Shown piece after piece: positions 57,253 to 64,000 of a stretch of DNA of 64,000 bases. Numbering within the stretch: the first letter of the stretch is position 1; every line of letters starts with the position of its first letter. The stretch spans positions 2,906-66,905 of the forward strand of contig JAGGYW010000001.1 of the NCBI GenBank assembly GCA_021162365.1, written 5' to 3'. Source of the DNA: Nanobdellota archaeon (GTDB lineage Archaea; Nanobdellota; Nanobdellia; CSSed11-243R1). The notes beneath the pieces were generated by a model. It saw only the letters and a list, made by a program, of their open reading frames with translations. It did no database searches and was not told the DNA's origin. The position numbers and the translations under genes were made by a program.

Positions 57253-57747
57253 ATGGCAAAAAATAACGACAACATGTGGATGATTTCTATGACCGTTATA
57301 GCAATTGTTGCCATCGTAGCAGTATTTGGGTTAGTAAGAATGACTGGTTATGCATTTTTAGGTAGCTCCCATGAGTTGCCAGCATACGCAGGTGGAAGCT
57401 ATTGGAGCCAAGGATACAAAACAGAGATACAACTACTAAGGATACAGATGCAAACAGAAAGAGAGTTAAGAAGAGAATACGGCAACGATATTAGTGTTGT
57501 TTGGGTGAAGTTTGTTTACGGTAATAAAGCAATGTTAGGTGGAATAGTTTTGAACGCAGACGGCACATATAACTCAGGCGCATCAGTTGCGTTGGGTCAA
57601 ATACTTGAAGGTAAAGTGATGTCAGCACCAGGATTTGAAAACACAGAGGTTATGGTTGCAACACCTGATGCGGCGTTTAAGGCATTGGTAGCAGGCGGCG
57701 CATCAGAACCATTTGGAATTGGATCTGGTGGAGTAAATATACAGTAA
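57253..57747 (+). CDS. Hypothetical membrane-anchored protein
   Basis: N-terminal TM (MISMTVIAIVAIVAVFGLV). AGGAGGT-like site at 57240-57246. Confidence 0.45.
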   Translation: MAKNNDNMWMISMTVIAIVAIVAVFGLVRMTGYAFLGSSHELPAYAGGSYWSQGYKTEIQLLRIQMQTERELRREYGNDISVVWVKFVYGNKAMLGGIVLNADGTYNSGASVALGQILEGKVMSAPGFENTEVMVATPDAAFKALVAGGASEPFGIGSGGVNIQ

Positions 57748-57750
57748 GCC

Positions 57751-57769
57751 TCTTCTTTTTTCTTTTTTT
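57751..57769 (+). terminator. T-rich terminator candidate
   Basis: TCTTCTTTTTTCTTTTTTT lies directly after the stop at 57747. Confidence 0.35.
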
Positions 57770-57806
57770 AGTAAATTTTATAACTTCATGGAAGTAACTA
57801 TTTCTT

Positions 57807-60338
57807 ATGATTGAAAGGGGTGAATTTCAAGCTCTTGCTGAGATGCTTGACAAACTGGGAAGCGAGCCAATGTTTCTAGAGTTAACTGGTTCAAGAGGAA
57901 CAGGTAAAACTACAACTGTTATGGAGATTGGTGATTATCTAATTCGAGAGGGTTATGTTGTTATTCCGGTTTCCCCATCCGGGGAAAATGCTTTAATGGA
58001 TTCCTTTAGCGATGGTGCATTAGAGGAATTGGTCCAATCGAGTTTTGAGATAAAAAACATTATGCTCATTAATGGAAGGAATAACTTACTCATGGTTGGT
58101 AAGGAAGTTTCCAAAAGTGCGGACAGTGACATTGTTGCGTCTATGCTTGGTGCGGTTGAAAATTTTGTTAAGGATACCTTTGGGAGTGATGAAGAGAACA
58201 CACCAGAGGAGGTAAGCAACATAGTCAGTTTTGGTGATAACACAGTTGTCATGTATTCTGTAAAAGATTTTGGAACTCTCACAGTGTTACTTCAAGGTAA
58301 AATTCCAGACATAATTACATTAAGAATGAAGAATGTTATGGATAGAATAAAACATGAATATTATAACATAATTGTCAACTGGAATGGTAGGGGAAGTGAA
58401 GAGCTAGAGAGAGTTGTTGATTTATTTTCGCCAATCGAAAAACTTTCCGAAAAGAAGGAGTTTAGCAGCTTAGTAGAAGAAGAGTATTACTTTGCTAATA
58501 GATTTTTCAGGAAGTTACAGGAGAAGTTAGATGAAGGGGCTAAAATCGCGATTTTAGTTGATAATTATGACTTACTTGATAAAAGCTCACAAAATATAAT
58601 TGCCGCACTTCCGAGCATTGTTAAGAGCGGCAATCTTGCTGTTGTGGCAGCCACAAGTTCTTCAATGAATTTAAGGAGATATGCTACTCTGAAGCTTGGC
58701 AATTTTAGCTATGAAGATGTTAAGAAGTTAATTAATTCAAAATTTGCGTTAAAGAAGCCAAAAGAAGAATTAATAAAGTATATTTACGAGCAAACAAAGG
58801 GAAATCCACTTCTTGTCAATGAAAATCTAGATATTTTGCTTGAGAGCAATTTTGACTTTTGGGGAAATAATCGACCCTCTCTAATAACTGATTTCAATGA
58901 ACTAGCAAAGTATAAGCTATCAAAACTAAATGAGGATGAAAAGAAGTTTCTTTCATATCTTTCATTATTTGGTGAGGTCGGTATAAAATTAGATTATGTG
59001 GAGGACAAACAGTTACTTTATTCTCTTAGCGAGAAGGGATATCTTGTTGTTGACAGGAGTATTTCATTCAAATATATGGAGATGGAGGACTTGCTTCGCC
59101 AGGAAGTGAGTGACGAAGACCTTTTGATTGCTGCGGATAAACTTGAAGAAGATGGAAAGTATAAAAATGCACTTTCCTTAAGGATTGAGTATCTTAAGAA
59201 GACAGAAGATAATTCTCAAAAGGAAAAAATATTGTCGGGGCTTTCGAGTTGGGTTTCTGGGATGAAAGAAGGTATTCTCCCTTTGGAAAATCCATTCCCA
59301 CTTATAGAAGAGCTAGTTGATATTCCAGGGTTTAAAGACTCACCAGAATTTCTTAAGATAATTGATGATGGATTATTCTCTCTGACAAATAGTGGGAGTT
59401 TAGATGAGCAGGAAAGAATTATTTCAGAAGTTATTGATTTTGCGGAGTCGGTTGGCTCGGATGATGTATACGCTCGTGCCAGTTATATGTATATACGTAT
59501 AAAATACAAGAAAAGGAAATTTAATGAGGCCCTCTCGTTAATAGATGAAACGCTTAAGAAGTGGAAAGAGAAGGATATATCTGAAGAAAGGTATGTCCGT
59601 TTAAAGAATACCAAACTTGCTGTAAAAAAGGAGCTCGGAAAGACAAACAAGGATGTTAAACTATTGAGGGAAGTAGTAGATGAGGTTAATACTTTAATTT
59701 CTGAAAAGGATATAAACTCTATTTCTGAAGAATGGAAAGACATTATCTTGGAACTTTATAGGATTGGGCTATCTGTATATTCTAACATTGAGGCTATACA
59801 CCGTGATAAGAGTTTAGAAAATGAGGATATCTTCGATGAAACTTATAGAAAAGGGAAGGAAGCATTTTTCAAAAGATACGAAGAACTTCTTAGACATGCG
59901 GAAAGTAGCTTTGTAAAAGTTTCTATGTTACGATTGTTCTCTATTTATAATTTAAACATAGGTGATATTGGGAGAGCATACGAATTGATAAATGAAGCAA
60001 AGAAATATTTAACTCCAAATAACCTTAGCGAAGCATTTATGTCCGCAATTCTCGTATCCTATTTGACTTGGGTTAATGGACATCCAGAAGAGACTGTTGA
60101 CATATACAACAAGTGGTATCCAGCAATGCTTGCTTTTGGGTATTCCGAAACAGACTACCTAAAGGGGAATTATCTGGTTGCACAGGAAATTTTGCTAAAA
60201 GAGGAGGAGAGAAGCTTCATTAAAACTGCTGTTGATGGCGCACGTAGGAGTTTAGTAGATGATATGAAAACAGTTATTGAGAAGTATAGCGATGTATACA
60301 AATTCATAGGGCTTAATTCGGATAAGTCCCTTGATTAA
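57807..60338 (+). CDS. STAND/AAA_16-like P-loop ATPase with Roadblock/LC7-like insert and C-terminal helical repeats
   Basis: Walker A GSRGTGKTT and Walker B-like IAILVDNYDLLD about 220 aa later. In between, SDIVASMLGAVENFVKDTFG...NTVVMYSVKDFGTLTVLLQG resembles Roadblock/LC7. TKGNPLLVNE motif, then a long alpha-helical tail. Confidence 0.55.
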   Translation: MIERGEFQALAEMLDKLGSEPMFLELTGSRGTGKTTTVMEIGDYLIREGYVVIPVSPSGENALMDSFSDGALEELVQSSFEIKNIMLINGRNNLLMVGKEVSKSADSDIVASMLGAVENFVKDTFGSDEENTPEEVSNIVSFGDNTVVMYSVKDFGTLTVLLQGKIPDIITLRMKNVMDRIKHEYYNIIVNWNGRGSEELERVVDLFSPIEKLSEKKEFSSLVEEEYYFANRFFRKLQEKLDEGAKIAILVDNYDLLDKSSQNIIAALPSIVKSGNLAVVAATSSSMNLRRYATLKLGNFSYEDVKKLINSKFALKKPKEELIKYIYEQTKGNPLLVNENLDILLESNFDFWGNNRPSLITDFNELAKYKLSKLNEDEKKFLSYLSLFGEVGIKLDYVEDKQLLYSLSEKGYLVVDRSISFKYMEMEDLLRQEVSDEDLLIAADKLEEDGKYKNALSLRIEYLKKTEDNSQKEKILSGLSSWVSGMKEGILPLENPFPLIEELVDIPGFKDSPEFLKIIDDGLFSLTNSGSLDEQERIISEVIDFAESVGSDDVYARASYMYIRIKYKKRKFNEALSLIDETLKKWKEKDISEERYVRLKNTKLAVKKELGKTNKDVKLLREVVDEVNTLISEKDINSISEEWKDIILELYRIGLSVYSNIEAIHRDKSLENEDIFDETYRKGKEAFFKRYEELLRHAESSFVKVSMLRLFSIYNLNIGDIGRAYELINEAKKYLTPNNLSEAFMSAILVSYLTWVNGHPEETVDIYNKWYPAMLAFGYSETDYLKGNYLVAQEILLKEEERSFIKTAVDGARRSLVDDMKTVIEKYSDVYKFIGLNSDKSLD

Positions 60339-60343
60339 AAAAA

Positions 60344-60529
60344 TCAATCAGTGTCAATTTCTAAATCTTGTTCTAGTCTGTATCTCCCTTGTGCGCCTTC
60401 CTCGTATTCAATGCAATCATCACAAAGCAATCTCTCTTTGTCACCACAGTTTTCGCAAAATCTTGCACCGCATGCTTTGCATTTATATGTTACTTTGACT
60501 TTCTTCCCACAGAGTTCACATACTGGCAT
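60344..60529 (-). CDS. Zinc-ribbon protein
   Basis: 61 aa with CELCG..CKACG..CENCG..CDDC cysteine pairs. Confidence 0.5.
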   Translation of the reverse strand: MPVCELCGKKVKVTYKCKACGARFCENCGDKERLLCDDCIEYEEGAQGRYRLEQDLEIDTD

Positions 60530-60587
60530 CTATATCACCAAATTGTAATCCTATTTAGTTATATACAGGATTTTATAAGCTTTTCTT

Positions 60588-61283
60588 TTAGAGGATTTTA
60601 AGTAGATCAGAAAACTTTCTTAAGGTATAGTCGGGTTTTACATCAACAACCTTCGGCTTCTTTCTGTCAAAGCCAACAACATGTTCTTTAACCTCTCCAT
60701 ACTTTGCAATGGCTGCTTTTATACCCAGTTTTTTTGCACCTATTATATCTTTTTCGATGGAGTCTCCAACCATCAACACTTCCTCTGGGTTTAACTTAAG
60801 AATTTTTAGCGCGAGTTTGAAGGGTAATTTGCTTGGCTTTTTTTCTGTGTCCTCTGCTGAAATTACAATATCAAAAAAGTGTTGGAGCTTTGCATCACAG
60901 AGGCGAGTCCAAATTTGGAGTTTTGGAGCATCGCTTATTATGCCAAGTTTGTATCCTTTTCTAATTAGTTCAATTAGCGTAGGGAGAACATCTGGATACG
61001 GATCAAGATGTGCACTTTTTATTTTTCTGTAAGCACTTATTCCTGCAGCGAGAATTTTATAGTCCACTTTTCCAATAAGTTCTTTTAACAAGTCGTCAAA
61101 TACATGCTGGTACTCAACACCCTTTTCTCTGTAGATTCTGTCGATTACCTTTATTATCTTGCTTCTCGGCATTTTTAGTCCTGCGTCAATCATTGCTGCT
61201 ACGGATGCCTCTATTGCCATTTGCTTCAATTTTCTCAAATCAATTAGTGTATTGTCCAAGTCAAAGAGAATGGCTTTTATCAT
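60588..61283 (-). CDS. HAD-superfamily hydrolase
   Basis: ILFDLDNTL motif I, ISDAP motif II and VGDSIEKDI motif IV. Confidence 0.8.
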   Translation of the reverse strand: MIKAILFDLDNTLIDLRKLKQMAIEASVAAMIDAGLKMPRSKIIKVIDRIYREKGVEYQHVFDDLLKELIGKVDYKILAAGISAYRKIKSAHLDPYPDVLPTLIELIRKGYKLGIISDAPKLQIWTRLCDAKLQHFFDIVISAEDTEKKPSKLPFKLALKILKLNPEEVLMVGDSIEKDIIGAKKLGIKAAIAKYGEVKEHVVGFDRKKPKVVDVKPDYTLRKFSDLLKIL

Positions 61284-61355
61284 AATTATATCTACTTTGT
61301 TTTGTATTTATATTTGTTGGCAAATTTTAAATAGTGTCAACTGTTTAGTAATTAC

Positions 61356-62084
61356 ATGCTTGAAGACTTAGTCGAAGGAATCAAAAATTCACATCTCTAT
61401 CTTAGGGGTAGGGAGAGTATAAATCAAAGGATAGAGAAAGAACTCTCACAAGCAGATTCCTATGAAGCAGTTCAAGAGATTGGGAAAAAATATATCAACG
61501 GAATTAGAACCGGCGCAAAGCTAACGTTTTGGGGATTAACTGCTCCATTTAGTGCTTACTTTCTTGCAGGAACACCACTCCCCTATGTTGGTAGACTTGC
61601 TTATCTTCCCCATGCAGATAAAGCAGGACATGCTGCAGTGGGAATGGGTATTGGGTGGATTGTAGGTAAACTTCATTCAAAGTTAGATGACTACTTTCAC
61701 TTTTGGGAGGATGTTGACGATGCTGCTGAAAGAAGAAACAAAAACACTCTCTTGAGATTTGGCCTGGAATTTGTAGCTAATATTTCTGCAGGTGTTGGCA
61801 AAGAAGTTTATGATAAATTTCATGGGGGTGTCGCAAGCTTGGCAGATGCCATTGCCACAATAGGTGTTGGGCAATTAATCAATGGCATTCTTGAGTATAC
61901 CCGTGCTGGAAAATACGAAATTATAATAAATCAGATGAGAAAGAGACTTCGCGAGCTTGGACTTGATGATGATGGCAATGCTCTTCCAGTAGAAAAAGAA
62001 TACAAACCAATTAAGATTACTATTTCTAAAGCTCATAAAGTTAGGAAAGCGATTTATGATGGGAATTTATCTCAGCTTAGTTAG
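61356..62084 (+). CDS. Hypothetical membrane-associated protein
   Basis: 242-aa ORF with hydrophobic segments. No motif recognised. Confidence 0.4.
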   Translation: MLEDLVEGIKNSHLYLRGRESINQRIEKELSQADSYEAVQEIGKKYINGIRTGAKLTFWGLTAPFSAYFLAGTPLPYVGRLAYLPHADKAGHAAVGMGIGWIVGKLHSKLDDYFHFWEDVDDAAERRNKNTLLRFGLEFVANISAGVGKEVYDKFHGGVASLADAIATIGVGQLINGILEYTRAGKYEIIINQMRKRLRELGLDDDGNALPVEKEYKPIKITISKAHKVRKAIYDGNLSQLS

Positions 62085-62326
62085 TTTGATTTTTGAGCTT
62101 CCATCATTGCTATAAATGCAGGTAATCTAACACCAAGCCATTCAAGAACCTTTATAGCAAGAGTTATTTGCTCTGTTGTTTCCCATTTTCCTTCTTTCTT
62201 CTCAACTCTCTCAAGGCGTATGCTATTTGGCCACACTGTTACTTTTATTCCTTTTCCCTCACCTAGGTTTATATAATCAGATCTAATTGGATTTACCATT
62301 TTTATCACCAAAATTAACAGAAACAC
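62081..62326 (-). CDS. Hypothetical small protein
   Basis: 72-81 aa with likely start MVNPIRS at 62299. No confident motif. Confidence 0.35.
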   Translation of the reverse strand: MFLLILVIKMVNPIRSDYINLGEGKGIKVTVWPNSIRLERVEKKEGKWETTEQITLAIKVLEWLGVRLPAFIAMMEAQKSN

Positions 62327-62365
62327 TTATAATTTATATCTTTGTATGTTTGTCCGGTGTTTTAA

Positions 62366-62830
62366 ATGATGTTTTATCTTATGGGCTTGGCGGACATATT
62401 CGTTGCTGGGATGTTAATAACTAACTTTAAACCTACATTCCTTCTTGCATTTTCAATTCTCTTTTTGCTTGTAAAAGGCATTCTTAGCTTTAGTGGGAGA
62501 CCAAATGTATTCTTATACATCTTTGGAGGGGTTGACTTAATTGCAGTTCTAATGCTCCTTACAAATATTTCTCTTGGATATTTTGGCTTAATAATTTTAG
62601 TAATTATGGTTTTCAAGGGATTCATAAGCTTCTGGAAGCTCAAGTTTATTAGGGATCTCACATTAGCTATGGTGTATATCCCATACCTTTTGGCTGTAAG
62701 GGGAAGAATTGATGCAAAATGGAAAGAAAAAGTTGTCAACTATCTTTGGTTTGGGAGAGGACAAATAGACGAAAAAGAGCCATATATAATAAGATACCCC
62801 ATTTTTGAAAGTTATATTTCCTTGCATTAA
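62366..62830 (+). CDS. Hypothetical integral membrane protein
   Basis: 154 aa with about four hydrophobic helices. Confidence 0.45.
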   Translation: MMFYLMGLADIFVAGMLITNFKPTFLLAFSILFLLVKGILSFSGRPNVFLYIFGGVDLIAVLMLLTNISLGYFGLIILVIMVFKGFISFWKLKFIRDLTLAMVYIPYLLAVRGRIDAKWKEKVVNYLWFGRGQIDEKEPYIIRYPIFESYISLH

Positions 62831-64000
62831 ATTTCTTTTGCTTTTGGAGGAATAGCAGTTGGCGTTTCCCCACCATGCCACGAGAATCTTGGTCTCATTT
62901 GCACGGAATATAATCTTTCTTGATTTTGATCAAGTATTAATGCACATCCCTTTACTCTTGGAAGCTGATCTAATGCTTGTGACAATGTTTGTGTCATAAA
63001 CGACTGCATAATAGTATTAAGTGCTTCAATATCCATTTTTGAAGTTACTCTGTGTGAAATTACAATGTCACATTGCGATAAAACATCTGTGTTCATTTTT
63101 CCAGGCTGTTGTGTTGCAACTACAAGAGATATTCCGGGTTGTCTTCCTTCTCTTATAAGTTGTAAGAGTGGACCTGTTGCGAGGGTTGATCCCTTTAATG
63201 GAAGAAATTCGTGGACTTCGTCTATGAATATCCAAACCATTGGAACTTTCTTTTTCTTTATCTCTCTTTTTCTAAAGTATGCAAGACCTTTTTCTATTTC
63301 TTCTTTTTCCTCAAGCCTACTTGCCATTTCTCTTTCTTCAAGAATCTTTTTTGCAAAAAGCGCAATGACAAGCGAACGGATTGAAAACGCACCGTAAACA
63401 TGAGTGTATACTGAAATGTCAAGAACAGAAGCAACGCCACCTTGAACTATTTTATCTAGGGGTGTTCCCTCTCTTGCAAATAAACCCCACTCCTTTATTG
63501 ATTCAAATCTGGAGATTACAGATGATTTTGTTTTTTTGTCCGCCTCTTCATCATTTTGCACTTCTTCAATTATGTCATTAATATCATATAATTCTCCTGT
63601 TTTTCTTAGGCGAGTTATTACTCTGCTTATCAATACCCCTTCTTCATCTGTTGGTTTTATTCCAAGTGTTAGGCACCATTCGAGAGGACCTATATCTGAG
63701 GTAGTTAGATAGAATTTTTCATCTACAGGTATCCCCTTTTCCTGAAGTTCTTTAAACTTTCCACCAGGCACAAAAAGTTTTACATTCTCCAAACCTTTTG
63801 GTTCCAATCCCCATTTATGTAACAGTGCTTCATCTCTGTAGTTTGGAAATTTCATAGTCCAGAATATGCCCATTGTATCTAAAAAGAGCATAGCTATATT
63901 TTGAGAAATTTCTTTCGGAAGAAATGCAATTACACTTTCTGCAATTTGTGCCATTGTATATGATTTACCCTCTCCACGTTTACCACAAACAAGTATAACA
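62827..64000 (-). CDS. HerA/FtsK-like (DUF87) P-loop ATPase, N-terminus outside window
   Basis: The frame stays open upstream of the tracked ATG to the window edge and encodes Walker A CGKRGEGKSYT. Walker B VWIFIDEVHEF and VVATQQPGKMNTDVLSQCDIVISHRV are present. Confidence 0.65.
   Translation of the reverse strand, partial: VILVCGKRGEGKSYTMAQIAESVIAFLPKEISQNIAMLFLDTMGIFWTMKFPNYRDEALLHKWGLEPKGLENVKLFVPGGKFKELQEKGIPVDEKFYLTTSDIGPLEWCLTLGIKPTDEEGVLISRVITRLRKTGELYDINDIIEEVQNDEEADKKTKSSVISRFESIKEWGLFAREGTPLDKIVQGGVASVLDISVYTHVYGAFSIRSLVIALFAKKILEEREMASRLEEKEEIEKGLAYFRKREIKKKKVPMVWIFIDEVHEFLPLKGSTLATGPLLQLIREGRQPGISLVVATQQPGKMNTDVLSQCDIVISHRVTSKMDIEALNTIMQSFMTQTLSQALDQLPRVKGCALILDQNQERLYSVQMRPRFSWHGGETPTAIPPKAKEI

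Overview
AT-rich archaeal chromosome segment. Gene content suggests a small-genome DPANN-type lineage, which is an inference: a fused PriS-PriL primase, split RpoB, many surface proteins and multi-intron tRNAs. Most of the window is housekeeping. It holds primase and GINS, the L44e-S27e-aIF2alpha-Nop10-PAC2 operon, Hel308 and a fused transketolase. It also holds the rpoH-rpoB''-rpoB'-rpoA'-rpoA''-L30e-NusA cluster, followed by an inverted and interrupted S12-S7-EF2 block, then tuf and S10, pyrG, egsA, pyrF/pyrE and Alba/S17e. Several secreted or membrane-protein clusters are present, including a tight five-gene surface operon at 3890-9518 and an ABC/FtsX cluster. Four tRNA genes (Pro-GGG, Tyr-GTA, Asp-GTC, Lys-TTT) carry nine introns between them, most at non-canonical positions. 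The most unusual signal is a family of about 13 short modules: a pyrimidine arm, a loop, a purine arm, a 7-9 nt spacer and a second purine tract. The second purine tract is the mirror image of the first, not its inverted repeat, and all three tracts co-vary. This is the symmetry expected for an intramolecular triple helix. Seven copies lie in tRNA introns. Six lie in the 3' flanks of S27e, S7, S12 and tuf, in two cases next to duplicated gene 3' ends. One of those duplicates (S7) differs mainly at synonymous sites. All calls come from reading the sequence and ORF translations by eye; no searches were run.
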